Virus record (IMG/VR): IMGVR_UViG_3300027963_000041
Span: 79,096 to 143,095 of that record
Direction: 5' to 3' (one strand)
Length of the DNA stretch: 64,000 bases
Origin: a virus
Below the pieces are notes generated by a model. It did no database searches. It saw only the letters and a list, made by a program, of their open reading frames with translations, and was not told the origin of the DNA. The translations under genes were made by a program, and so were the position numbers. This document shows, in pieces, positions 49,074 through 58,977 of this stretch (its first letter is position 1; each line of letters starts with the position of its first letter).

Positions 49074-50303
49074 ATGCTGAAATTCAAAGAGTATTTAAAC
49101 GAACAAAAAAACACGCACATGGAACATGCCGAAGACGATGTTCTTAATGGCGGTGTTAAGGGTGCCCGCGACAGTATCAATGCACTCCGTGCTGTACGCG
49201 ATATGTTAGCCGGCCACTCAAAACAAAGAGTAAGCGTCACAGTTAAATGGGATGGCGCGCCAGCAATTTTCGCAGGCAAAGACCCTAGCGATGGTAAATT
49301 CTTTGTAGCGAAGAAAGGTGTATTCAATAAGAATCCCAAAGTCTACAAAACCAACGCAGAAATTGATGATGATACATCAGGTGACCTTGCGGCTAAACTC
49401 AGAGCATGTCTTGCTGAGTTGCCAGCACTTGGCATCGATGGCGTCATTCAAGGTGACTTGCTTTTTACTAAATCCGATATAAAGAACGTCACGATTGATG
49501 GTGAAGATTATGTTACGTTTCATCCAAACACTCTAGTCTATGCAGTTCCAGCGCAAAGTGAACTTGCTAAAAGTATCAAATCCGCTGAAATTGGCATTGT
49601 GTGGCATACGTTTTATGAAGGTTCTTCATTTGAAACAATGAAAGCAGTCTTTGGTAAAAATATTTTATCCACACTCAAGAAAACGAGCCGAGTTTGGTCT
49701 ACAGATGTAGACTACAAAGATGTTTCTGGCAAAGCAACATTGACCAAAGAAGAAACAAACAAGATTACAGACATACTTTCTGACGCAGGAAAGATTTTCT
49801 ATAAGATAGACGCTAAGGTTCTGAATCACATCAGAGAGACAGACGAACTGCGCGAGAAAATCAAAACATTCAACAATACAAAAGTCAGAAACCAACTCAA
49901 AATTACAAATGTAAAGAGTCATGTGGCTGAATTGATTCAGTTTATGACTGCATATTTCGACAAAGAAATTGAAACTCGCAAATCTGCAAAGTCAAAGGCA
50001 GAATGGGAAACAAAAAAGATGGATGGTTTGAAGTTCTTTAACGCAAAGAACAAAGCGCAACTTGAAAATATCTTTACGTTAATTAATTTGCTTGCTGAAG
50101 CGAAGTTGATTCTAGTAAATAAACTAGATGAGGTGAAGAGTCTTCAAACTTTCTTGTTGACCAAGAATGGTTACGAAGTGACTGGTGTTGAGGGGTACGT
50201 TGCGATTGATCACCTGACAGGAAATGCTGTAAAACTAGTTGATAGAATGCGTTTCAGTTACGCAAACTTCTCTCCAGAGGTGATTAAAGGCTGGCAGAGA
50301 TAA
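49074..50303 (+). CDS. Ligase-fold nucleotidyltransferase-like protein (DUF6267-like) with capsid-targeting-like N-terminus
   Basis: KWDG, QGDLLF, EGYV, VKLV motifs; MLKFKEYLNE start; CATAAATA upstream. Confidence 0.65.
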   Translation: MLKFKEYLNEQKNTHMEHAEDDVLNGGVKGARDSINALRAVRDMLAGHSKQRVSVTVKWDGAPAIFAGKDPSDGKFFVAKKGVFNKNPKVYKTNAEIDDDTSGDLAAKLRACLAELPALGIDGVIQGDLLFTKSDIKNVTIDGEDYVTFHPNTLVYAVPAQSELAKSIKSAEIGIVWHTFYEGSSFETMKAVFGKNILSTLKKTSRVWSTDVDYKDVSGKATLTKEETNKITDILSDAGKIFYKIDAKVLNHIRETDELREKIKTFNNTKVRNQLKITNVKSHVAELIQFMTAYFDKEIETRKSAKSKAEWETKKMDGLKFFNAKNKAQLENIFTLINLLAEAKLILVNKLDEVKSLQTFLLTKNGYEVTGVEGYVAIDHLTGNAVKLVDRMRFSYANFSPEVIKGWQR

Positions 50304-50359
50304 TCTTCAAAGGCTACACTCCTACTTATAATAACAAGAAGAAAAAATAGGGTAATAAT

Positions 50360-51415
50360 ATGGCAAAACTGAATGAAGGTGATGTGATCGAAGGTATCTT
50401 TACCATTGCACTTAGCCTCTATCTTGCATACGGATCAGTAGACAAGAAAAAACTAAATGAGATTCGTACCAAAGTTGATACGAAGATGTTTGGTACAGGA
50501 AGATTCAAGCATAAAGTTGTTGAGGGGCATATGCGTCAAAGAGCAAAAAATCCTCCAGACTTTTTCAATGTAAACTTTGAGATGAGACTGAAGCCTGAGT
50601 CAGTACAAGGCGCGTTTGATAAAGAATATGAAGTACTTTATAAATCATCAAAAGACGTTGGTAATATTGATAAGAAAATTGATCAGTTAATCAAGGCAAT
50701 TGAAGGTGCAAGTTTCAGCCGCAAAGCAGGCGCCGCAGTTGATCATTTCTTAAATAACAGTACTGGTGAAGTAGTCACATTCACAGTCATTGCAGATGGT
50801 ATCGCCGGCGAATCTTCTGGTGGTGAAGTTAAAGGTGACGTTACGCTAGAAGTGTACGCTACAAAAAAAGGCGGCAACCAAAGAATCATTAGCGGCAGCC
50901 TACCATTCTCACTTAAATCAGAATCAGTCACGGTTGCAAACCTATCGCCATATCGCGGTATGCTTGATATTGCAAAAGCAATTGGTATTCAATGGGATGC
51001 TGAAGAAAAGTATGTTCGATTAGCAAAGCCATTTATTGGACCAGTCGAACAAGCCGCTAAGTTTGCTTTGATTGAAGAGATGTATAGTGATTTAAAAAGT
51101 AGAATGATACAAGAATCTGTTAAGTCTACGTTCACGAATAGAGCATTAGACTTTTTAGCAAAAAGCATTTTTGGTTCAGATTTGGCTGACGTAGTTGACG
51201 TACAATCAGGCACAGTCAAAGAGATTACAGTTGACTACTACAATGAACTACGCAAAAACGTCACATTAATTGCAAAATCAAACGGCAATAATTTAGTCTT
51301 TTCAGACAAAAAAACTGATGTTGCAATTTTTCAGATACGCACTAAATTGCGTCCTCCACCGGCAAACGAAGCAAAATTTTACCTAGAAGTTGGTAAAGGC
51401 ATATATTCAAAGTAA
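50360..51415 (+). CDS. Putative PD-(D/E)XK nuclease-like protein
   Basis: N-terminal EG helix, KGDV...FSLK pattern. Confidence 0.45.
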   Translation: MAKLNEGDVIEGIFTIALSLYLAYGSVDKKKLNEIRTKVDTKMFGTGRFKHKVVEGHMRQRAKNPPDFFNVNFEMRLKPESVQGAFDKEYEVLYKSSKDVGNIDKKIDQLIKAIEGASFSRKAGAAVDHFLNNSTGEVVTFTVIADGIAGESSGGEVKGDVTLEVYATKKGGNQRIISGSLPFSLKSESVTVANLSPYRGMLDIAKAIGIQWDAEEKYVRLAKPFIGPVEQAAKFALIEEMYSDLKSRMIQESVKSTFTNRALDFLAKSIFGSDLADVVDVQSGTVKEITVDYYNELRKNVTLIAKSNGNNLVFSDKKTDVAIFQIRTKLRPPPANEAKFYLEVGKGIYSK

Positions 51416-51421
51416 AAATCT

Positions 51422-51429
51422 TATAAATA
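51422..51429 (+). promoter_or_regulatory. Late promoter
   Basis: TATAAATA. Confidence 0.8.
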
Positions 51430-51487
51430 AGATGTAACGCAGTTAGGCTACGGCAAACCTGTAAGGGATAAGTCTAAGGAAAACTCC

Positions 51488-54115
51488 ATGAAAAAAACAG
51501 TTGTATTCTCATTCGGTCGAATGAACCCCATGACAAATGGGCATGAAAAACTTGCAGAAAAACTCAAGTCTGAAGCATCGAAGCGCAATGCCGATGCAAA
51601 ACTGTTTCTATCCCACAGTCAAAATTCCAAAAAAGATCCACTAGACTACGCAACAAAATTAAGATTTGCGCGTAAAGCATTTGGCACGATTGTGCAAAAC
51701 TCTAGTGCAAAAGTTATTTTTCAGGTTCTTGAAGAACTAAACGGCAAGTACGATAACATTGTAATGGTTGTCGGAAGTGACCGAGTAAAAGAATTTGAAA
51801 CAATCATTAATAAGTATAATGGTAAAGGCGATTACGAATTCAAATCAGTTGAAGTAATTTCTGCTGGCGAACGCGATCCGGATGCAGAAGGAGTCACCGG
51901 TATGTCAGGATCAAAGATGAGAGGCTTCGCCGCATCGAATGATTTTGATAACTTTAAAAAAGGTGTTCCATCAAAATTATCTGATGCAGATGCAAAGGCG
52001 CTTTTTGCCGCAGTTAAAAAGGGGATAAACTTGAAAGAGCAATTCGACAATAACACAGAGATAGACGAAGAGATGGACGAAGCACTTACAATGCAAGGAC
52101 GTAGAAAACGTGCCATGCAAGTAAGACGTTTAAAATCAAAACTATTACGCGCAAGAGAACGTGCGAGTCGCCGCTTTGCAAATCAGCCAACACTTGCTAA
52201 GAGAGCAAGACGCCAAGCAGTCACATTCTTGAAACGTAGAATTGGTGGCGGCCAAGCATATGCAAACCTATCACCTTCACAGAAAATGTCAATTGACAAA
52301 AAGATTGAAAAGATGAAAGGCGTAGTCGGTAAGATTGGTTCTCGCTTGTTACCTCAAGTACGCAGAGCAGAGGTTCAAAGAAAACAAAATCAATCAAGAG
52401 CAAACGAATCATTCATTGCATTGTTTGAGAAGCCAGAACTGCCACAAGATAAACACGTTGGCGGTAAAGAAGGCACACAGCCAAGCAAGTACTACAAAGG
52501 CTTAGACAAAGGCACAAAAGAAAGACGCGATGCACATTTCAAGAGCATGGGTCCAAAATCTGATTCTGATAAGTCTGCATACGCAGACGCGCCAGGCGAC
52601 AAAGAAGCAAGAGAAAAAGGTATGCCACAGTCAAAGCATACTAAAAAATTCAAGCAAATGTTCGGAGAAGAAATTGGTAAGAAAGAAATTTCTCGCTTGG
52701 ATCAATTGGTTCGCTTAGGACTTGCAGACAAGACTTTACTTTCAACGATTAAGAAAGCAATGTCTAAGATTGACACTGGTGATTCACTATCCACATCTGA
52801 AAGACAAGCAACACAAAATCTATTATCTACCTTGCTTGACATGGTAACAAGTCAAGATCAATTGTTCAATCTTGCAAAAATGTCTTTGAGAAAAGAACAG
52901 TTTGATGAACTGAATGAAGCCGCATATGTTGGCAACATTGGTGTTATGGAACTTGCTAAGTTTTATCAGAAAGCAGAGCCACGCCAAGTTGAGATGTTCA
53001 AAAAACTATTGGCGATGAAAGATTACAAACGTGCATGGGCATTGGTTCAAGGCGCGACTGGCACAAAACTTATTGGTAAAGAATTTAGCGAAGAAGTACA
53101 AGCCATTGTTGAAAAAGGTGATTATGACGATTACGAAGAATTAGATGGATTGGAGATGGCGCAGATTGAAGTAGCCAATCTTATTCAAGACGCAGAAATG
53201 CTTGCAGACATTCTATCCGAAATGGATGAAGAGCCAGAAGCATGGGTGCTTTCAAAGATTACAAAAGCAGTTGATTACATTGAATCAGTAACAGATTACC
53301 TAGAATTCGAAGACGATTACGACTACGAAGAAGATGACGATGTTTATGACGATGAAGACGCAGAGTATGGCATGAGCGATACAGACATGTACGAAGCATT
53401 GTCTGATATGTCAAAAGAAGAGATGGGCGAAGACTTATACGAAGTTTATAGCGCACTACATGAAGAAATAGAAGGCTTGAAAAAGAAAGCAGAAAAGTCT
53501 GGCATTGCATACGACATTCTCAAGAAAGTTTACGACCGCGGCATGGCGGCATGGCAAGGTGGTCATCGTCCAGGAACAACACCACAGCAATGGGCTTTTG
53601 CTAGAGTGAATTCATTCATCACAAAAGGCTCTGGTACATGGGGTGGCGCAGATAAAGATTTAGCATCAAAAGCAGGTAGTAAGAACGAAGAGTTTTCTAA
53701 ATTCGCTGAAGCATTAGAGTGGGGCACAGATGAATTGCGTAAGAAGTATGCAAAAGATACGCCAGGACAATCTGAAGAAACATGTTGCGGTGATTGTGAA
53801 AAGGATTCTATTGGGGAAGATGTTGATTGGGAAAAAATTATAAACGAAGCAGAATATCAAGGTAAGTCTGTTAAGTTGAATGATCCATTCAGAACACCTG
53901 ATGGTCCGAAGAAGTTCGGCGTGTACACTATGGGTCCAAACGGCAACGTAGTTATTGTTCGTTTTGGTGATCCTAATATGGAAATCAAACGTGACGATCC
54001 TGAACGTAGAGCAAATTTCAGAGCAAGACATGGATGTGATAATCCTGGACCAAAGTGGAAAGCAAACTACTGGTCGTGTCATCAATGGCGTGCTGGCTCC
54101 AAAGTAGACAGTTAA
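51488..54115 (+). CDS. Modular protein: N-terminal HxGH-type nucleotidyltransferase plus multiple small domains joined by Glu-rich linkers
   Basis: FGRMNPMTNGH, VGSDR, SAGERDPD, MSGSKMR; later AWVLSKIT, QQWAFARVNSF and RANFRARHGC modules. Confidence 0.75.
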   Translation: MKKTVVFSFGRMNPMTNGHEKLAEKLKSEASKRNADAKLFLSHSQNSKKDPLDYATKLRFARKAFGTIVQNSSAKVIFQVLEELNGKYDNIVMVVGSDRVKEFETIINKYNGKGDYEFKSVEVISAGERDPDAEGVTGMSGSKMRGFAASNDFDNFKKGVPSKLSDADAKALFAAVKKGINLKEQFDNNTEIDEEMDEALTMQGRRKRAMQVRRLKSKLLRARERASRRFANQPTLAKRARRQAVTFLKRRIGGGQAYANLSPSQKMSIDKKIEKMKGVVGKIGSRLLPQVRRAEVQRKQNQSRANESFIALFEKPELPQDKHVGGKEGTQPSKYYKGLDKGTKERRDAHFKSMGPKSDSDKSAYADAPGDKEAREKGMPQSKHTKKFKQMFGEEIGKKEISRLDQLVRLGLADKTLLSTIKKAMSKIDTGDSLSTSERQATQNLLSTLLDMVTSQDQLFNLAKMSLRKEQFDELNEAAYVGNIGVMELAKFYQKAEPRQVEMFKKLLAMKDYKRAWALVQGATGTKLIGKEFSEEVQAIVEKGDYDDYEELDGLEMAQIEVANLIQDAEMLADILSEMDEEPEAWVLSKITKAVDYIESVTDYLEFEDDYDYEEDDDVYDDEDAEYGMSDTDMYEALSDMSKEEMGEDLYEVYSALHEEIEGLKKKAEKSGIAYDILKKVYDRGMAAWQGGHRPGTTPQQWAFARVNSFITKGSGTWGGADKDLASKAGSKNEEFSKFAEALEWGTDELRKKYAKDTPGQSEETCCGDCEKDSIGEDVDWEKIINEAEYQGKSVKLNDPFRTPDGPKKFGVYTMGPNGNVVIVRFGDPNMEIKRDDPERRANFRARHGCDNPGPKWKANYWSCHQWRAGSKVDS

Positions 54116-54150
54116 TAAAAGATAACCTTAAAAATAGTAGAGGACTAAAA

Positions 54151-54798
54151 ATGAAACCAACAACATTAGCACAGAAATTTGGCGTACCACAATCTCTTGT
54201 AGATTACATTTCTAAATCAATTGAAGAAGAGACTGAGTATCAATCCAAAGTAAAAGCGCACATGGCAAAAAAAGGCATCAAGTCTTTAGGTGATTTGACG
54301 CCTGACGAAAAGAAAAAATTCTTCAACGATCTAGATGCCGCACACAAAGCAAAGAACGAAGAAGTAGAAACAGTTGACGAAGCAGAATCGCATCAGTCTA
54401 AGACTACAATGAAACATATTAGCAACCCTAACGCGGCCGAAAAGAAAGCCTCTAAGGATATCAAACCTGGTATTAAAGGTGTTGGTGATAGATTAGCAAT
54501 GCTTAAAGCCGCAAAAGATCGTGGTGCTTTAAAAGAAGAAGAAGTAGAACAAACTGACGAAGCAGTTGTAAAAGGCAAAGGCTACGACAAGCCAGAGAAT
54601 GAGCGTAAAGGTCCAGAAGGCAAAGTGCCAATGACAAGTCTATTGCCAGGTCACAATGACAAGGCAGCCCGTCTTGCGGCTGTTCAAGCCAAAGGCAAAC
54701 TTGTTAAAGGTAAAGCACAAAGCGCACCTCAGAAGGAAGACTACGAACTGACTCAAGAGGATATGGATTTCATCAATTCGCTTAACGAGAAGAAATAA
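54151..54798 (+). CDS. Hypothetical Lys/Glu-rich modular protein (putative internal head protein)
   Basis: GAGG RBS; repeated EEV..DEA linkers. Confidence 0.65.
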   Translation: MKPTTLAQKFGVPQSLVDYISKSIEEETEYQSKVKAHMAKKGIKSLGDLTPDEKKKFFNDLDAAHKAKNEEVETVDEAESHQSKTTMKHISNPNAAEKKASKDIKPGIKGVGDRLAMLKAAKDRGALKEEEVEQTDEAVVKGKGYDKPENERKGPEGKVPMTSLLPGHNDKAARLAAVQAKGKLVKGKAQSAPQKEDYELTQEDMDFINSLNEKK

Positions 54799-54799
54799 A

Positions 54800-55909
54800 A
54801 TGAAAAACGCATTCACATCACAACAAATCGCTAAGATGCGAGATGAGTACGGAAAGATTAGCACAATCGATCCGTCAGGTCCAGAATATAAACAATTGAT
54901 TGCTATGCTCGACAAAATGCATATTGACAATCTTAAATCACTTGCAGGTGCAAAGATTAAATTTGTTTCTGGACTCGCACAGAATCGTGTGAATCGCGCC
55001 GCAATGAAGAAGGAAGAAGTGGACCTTGAAGAAGCAAAGTCTGCGAGTGGATATGAAATTTATCACAAAGATTATTCTTCAGCAGTACAGACGGCTATCA
55101 AACAAGCAGAGAAGCGTGGCTTTGAAGTAGACATGGATGATTGGCACGACAAAGTTGCTACTGGTCCTAAGAAGCCATCATCTGGTAAAACAAATTCATT
55201 CTCTGTCAAGTTGAAGAAAGACGGCAAAGAATCTAAGAAAGCATTGCACCTTCAAGTGTATAACATGGACAATCAAAAGTATGAATTGAACATGTACATC
55301 GAATCTGTAGAAGAAGCGTCTTCACCTGCACAGCAAGCGGCTATCGCTATTGCTATGAAGAAGGATGGTAAGAAGCCTAAAGACATGAAAGACGAAGAAA
55401 AGCATCCTGAAGATGTAGCAACATCAGCAAATAAATTAGAACCAGAAGGCACAAAGAAGTGGCTTGCTACAAAGTTTAAAAAAGATATTAAAGAAGCAGA
55501 GGGTGGTGGCACATCAATCAGTTCTACTGGTGATGCATCTACCGCAGTCAAGAGAGCGCAAGTATTGCTCAAGTCTACTCAATTGCGTTTAAAGCATGAT
55601 AAAGAACGTGAAGCAATGGCAAAGCAAAAACAAGCGTTACGAAAAGAAGAAGAAGACAAAGAATATCCAGAAGTTAAAACTGGAGGCAAGCCGCTTGCGA
55701 AGAAATTCGAAAAGGCTTTTGCGAAGATGGGAATCAAAACCAACATCAAAATGAAAACTGTTGGTAACGTATCCATCAACGAAAAAGAAGATAAAAAAGA
55801 AGAAAATGGCAAAGAAGCACCCGCAAAGCAGAAAGCAGTTAAAAAAGGCGAGACACTAAGCGGAAAGCAAGAGCCAATTAAGATTGATCCAGAAATTGAA
55901 TCAAGATAA
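54800..55909 (+). CDS. Hypothetical Lys/Glu-rich modular protein (putative internal head protein)
   Basis: EEVDLEEA, ESVEEA, IKEA, INE linkers. Confidence 0.65.
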   Translation: MKNAFTSQQIAKMRDEYGKISTIDPSGPEYKQLIAMLDKMHIDNLKSLAGAKIKFVSGLAQNRVNRAAMKKEEVDLEEAKSASGYEIYHKDYSSAVQTAIKQAEKRGFEVDMDDWHDKVATGPKKPSSGKTNSFSVKLKKDGKESKKALHLQVYNMDNQKYELNMYIESVEEASSPAQQAAIAIAMKKDGKKPKDMKDEEKHPEDVATSANKLEPEGTKKWLATKFKKDIKEAEGGGTSISSTGDASTAVKRAQVLLKSTQLRLKHDKEREAMAKQKQALRKEEEDKEYPEVKTGGKPLAKKFEKAFAKMGIKTNIKMKTVGNVSINEKEDKKEENGKEAPAKQKAVKKGETLSGKQEPIKIDPEIESR

Positions 55910-55910
55910 C

Positions 55911-56396
55911 ATGCTACCAGAAATTTACTGTGACATGGACCAAGTCCTTGTCAATTTTATGGGAGGTGCGAACGAAGCACTCAGACAGCAAGGGCTGCCT
56001 GATTTTGTTCGTGCAGGAAAAGAAGAGAAGTGGGAAGCGATAAAAAATGTGCCTAAGTTTTGGGCAAATCTACAACCAATGCCTGATGGGCTTGCGTTGT
56101 GGAGATTTATCAAACCATACAATCCAGCAATTCTTTCTACACCTTCTAAGAGAATGCCCACATGCAGACCAGAAAAAATTGAATGGATACGCAAGCATTT
56201 GGGTACTGTAAAGGAAATTCATCTTGTTCCTAGAGAACAAAAGCAGAATTATGCCCTTACAGTTGATGGTAAACCGAATCTATTGATCGATGATCACATA
56301 AAAAACATCGATGAGTGGGTCGCAAAGGGCGGCATTGGAATTCGACATATAAATACAATGAGGACAATTTCCGAACTTAGAAAATTAGGATACTAA
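55911..56396 (+). CDS. HAD-family 5'(3')-nucleotidase-like phosphatase
   Basis: YCDMDQVL motif I, ILST, K..W, LIDD. Confidence 0.8.
   Translation: MLPEIYCDMDQVLVNFMGGANEALRQQGLPDFVRAGKEEKWEAIKNVPKFWANLQPMPDGLALWRFIKPYNPAILSTPSKRMPTCRPEKIEWIRKHLGTVKEIHLVPREQKQNYALTVDGKPNLLIDDHIKNIDEWVAKGGIGIRHINTMRTISELRKLGY
56348..56355 (+). promoter_or_regulatory. Late promoter
   Basis: TATAAATA ~55 nt before the next structural gene. Confidence 0.65.
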
Positions 56397-56408
56397 AAGG
56401 AGAACACC

Positions 56409-56894
56409 ATGGCACTATGGGGAACAAGAGATTCATATTCAATCACGGGTACTGCTAACGTAAGCAATTCTGTAGCAACAACTACAGTTACGGGAAGCAA
56501 TACAGCAACATTTACAACTCAGATAGATATTGGCGATGCGCTAGTTATCGCTGGTAAGCGTAGAAAAGTTACTGCAATTTCTGCGGCTAACTCTTTGACT
56601 ATTGCTACTGCATGGGATGGTGCAAACCAGACCGGCGCAACGATTACAGGACAAGACGTACCTAAGTATGTTACTGCCGCAGAAATTGCGTCAAATAACA
56701 TCATTGGTGTTGACACTACTGAGGCGGCACTTGCCGCAAACAAGGCTCGCGGTATTAACACACCAGGCTGGACTAAATTCGTCACTTATACAGACATGCA
56801 CGGAACCACACGCTACAAGACAGAACCACTAGTTGTAATGTCTTCAGGAGTTACATCCGATGCACCTGACGATACTATCGCCGCAGATAGTTAA
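56409..56894 (+). CDS. Putative virion structural protein
   Basis: MALWG start, Thr/Ala-rich, PGW..YTDMHG..RYKTE. Confidence 0.7.
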   Translation: MALWGTRDSYSITGTANVSNSVATTTVTGSNTATFTTQIDIGDALVIAGKRRKVTAISAANSLTIATAWDGANQTGATITGQDVPKYVTAAEIASNNIIGVDTTEAALAANKARGINTPGWTKFVTYTDMHGTTRYKTEPLVVMSSGVTSDAPDDTIAADS

Positions 56895-56965
56895 TCGACA
56901 CATTGGCCTGAGTCCCAGGAGTAGCATTCCCCTTTAATGGGGTTTATAAGATATAGGAGAAAAAG

Positions 56966-57526
56966 ATGGCAGATAAAAAAGTCACGCAACTAACAGCATT
57001 AACAGCGCCAGCAAATACAGATTTGTTGTTGATCGTTGATGATCCAACAGGTACACCAGTTTCAAAGAAGATTGAACTTGGTGATTTGTTTGGTGAATCA
57101 TCACAAACAGTATTCAGCAATATTGATATTACTGCAAATACTTCATCAGCAACCGGCACAACAAAGATTGGTGGTAACACAGTTATTGTTACAGCGCCAT
57201 CAGGTTCTACATTTACCGCAGGCGTTGTAATTAACGAAGACGGTACTGCAAGTAACACTCGCATCGAATCTGATACACAAACCAATATGTTCTTTGTTGA
57301 TGCAATGAACAATCGAATCGGTGTTAAAACTAATGCGCCTACCGTTGCATTTGATGTAAACGATAGCAAGATTCGTATTCGTGGTATTAGTTCTGTTGCT
57401 ACATCAAATGCGGCCGCAGAGGGTTGGAACACAGGTGAGATTGGTTGGAATTCCAACTACATTTATGTTGCGGTTGGTTCTACTGGCGCAAATTCGATCC
57501 TGAGGGCTACACTAACCGGATTCTAA
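56966..57526 (+). CDS. Putative virion fibre/structural protein
   Basis: MADKKVTQLTAL, NNRIGV, GEIGWNSNYIYVAV. Confidence 0.7.
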   Translation: MADKKVTQLTALTAPANTDLLLIVDDPTGTPVSKKIELGDLFGESSQTVFSNIDITANTSSATGTTKIGGNTVIVTAPSGSTFTAGVVINEDGTASNTRIESDTQTNMFFVDAMNNRIGVKTNAPTVAFDVNDSKIRIRGISSVATSNAAAEGWNTGEIGWNSNYIYVAVGSTGANSILRATLTGF

Positions 57527-57528
57527 AA

Positions 57529-57888
57529 ATGATTCATAATGAAGATGAATTTGATGAGTATGCAATTAACAATTATAGAAATCCTAATTGCATATCCGTA
57601 CTAGAGTATCTTGAAGACTTGAATAAAATCAAGTACATTAAGAGACTTGTTAACAAGTACGCAGAAAAAAATGAATTGAGAGAAAGGTTGATTTTAAATC
57701 ACATAATCTTTCTCTCAAATGTTTTTGGTGCAGAAGCGACAGTACATATGTTGACGTTTAAGATAGAAGATAAGAACAAGTATATTCTGAATAGTTTTTT
57801 GATTTTCTTAGGCTACATTTCAAACACAAATGTTTTGTATGATGAACCATTATTAACAGAGATACAAAAAAGAGTATGGCAAACTTAG
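57529..57888 (+). CDS. Hypothetical T4-like protein
   Basis: YRNPNC, KYIKRL, ERLILNHII..NVFG. Confidence 0.7.
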   Translation: MIHNEDEFDEYAINNYRNPNCISVLEYLEDLNKIKYIKRLVNKYAEKNELRERLILNHIIFLSNVFGAEATVHMLTFKIEDKNKYILNSFLIFLGYISNTNVLYDEPLLTEIQKRVWQT

Positions 57889-58535
57889 TAGATTTATATG
57901 TTGTGTATCGAATCTTGCGTAGATTGACGCAACCATTTACCGATTGGGAAGCATACAAACTCGGTGTGATTGATGCTGAAGGAAACATTCTAAAAAAAGG
58001 TTCAGATAGACGCACAATGGCAGAGCAAGAATCATTGACTACGTTTGACGTATTGATGATCAAATTAAAAAAGTTACTTGCACTAGTGCCAGGAGGCAAG
58101 ACTAAATTTGCATCATATGCGGCCGCATTGTTTTTGATTAAAGAAGGCAAAGATTTAACTGAAGAAAATCTTGATGAGAAGTGGGAAGCGTTTATTGATA
58201 GTGGTGAATATCTTATCGAAGATGTAGCCGCAAACTCAGTAAGTGCAGGCGGTGTTGCAGGTATCACAGGTGATCCTCCACGCCCACCCAAATACATGAT
58301 GCGCCGTTTTGCGAATAGTGACGTATTTGTAGTTGATACAGAGCGTTATCTAAAAGCAAGACTAGGTAAAAGAAAATATCTCAAGTATGAAAAGTATGTG
58401 GGGAGTGATGATGTGGGAAATGCGATTCGTGAATACGGCCGCAAGTACCCAAAGAAGCCTATCATTCTTCAAGATGATAAAACAGGCGCGATGATTTTTT
58501 TGAGATACGGTAAAGGCGGAATGTTTAAAGAGTAA
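57876..58535 (+). CDS. Hypothetical T4-like protein
   Basis: PFTDWEAYKLGVIDAEG, YAAALFLIKE. Confidence 0.7.
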   Translation: MANLVDLYVVYRILRRLTQPFTDWEAYKLGVIDAEGNILKKGSDRRTMAEQESLTTFDVLMIKLKKLLALVPGGKTKFASYAAALFLIKEGKDLTEENLDEKWEAFIDSGEYLIEDVAANSVSAGGVAGITGDPPRPPKYMMRRFANSDVFVVDTERYLKARLGKRKYLKYEKYVGSDDVGNAIREYGRKYPKKPIILQDDKTGAMIFLRYGKGGMFKE

Positions 58536-58539
58536 TTAT

Positions 58540-58977
58540 ATGTGGATATTACAATGGCTACCATTCTGGATATTCTATGCAATTTTGTTTGTAGGGATCA
58601 TTGGATTCGCAAGTACATATTTACTTAGATTCATACCAATACCTGCCGTCTATATGTACAAGACGCCAATACAGTTGGTGTCTATTGTTTTTATTGTCAT
58701 TGGCGTTTATATGGCAGGGTCCATAGCCAATGAAGAAGCATGGCTTGCAAAAGTAAAAGAACTAGAGGTGAAAGTTGCACAAGCAGAGGCAAAATCACAA
58801 CAAGTCAATGTTAAAGTTGTGGAGAAAGTTGTAACGAAAACGCAAGTTGTTCGTGAACGAGGTGATGATATTGTTCGTTACGTTGACAGGGAAGTAGTGA
58901 AGTACGATTCTAAATGTGAAATTCCTAAGGAAGCAGTATCGGCAGTAAATCAAGCGGCAGAAGGGGTGAAGAAATGA
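58540..58977 (+). CDS. Inner-membrane spanin (Rz-like)
   Basis: N-terminal TMs, periplasmic coiled coil, C-terminal Cys; precedes a lipoprotein. Confidence 0.65.
   Translation: MWILQWLPFWIFYAILFVGIIGFASTYLLRFIPIPAVYMYKTPIQLVSIVFIVIGVYMAGSIANEEAWLAKVKELEVKVAQAEAKSQQVNVKVVEKVVTKTQVVRERGDDIVRYVDREVVKYDSKCEIPKEAVSAVNQAAEGVKK

Noticed and set aside
51440-51465. c-di-GMP-I riboswitch suggested by GGCAAAC
   Set aside because: No second stem or tetraloop-receptor architecture; region too short
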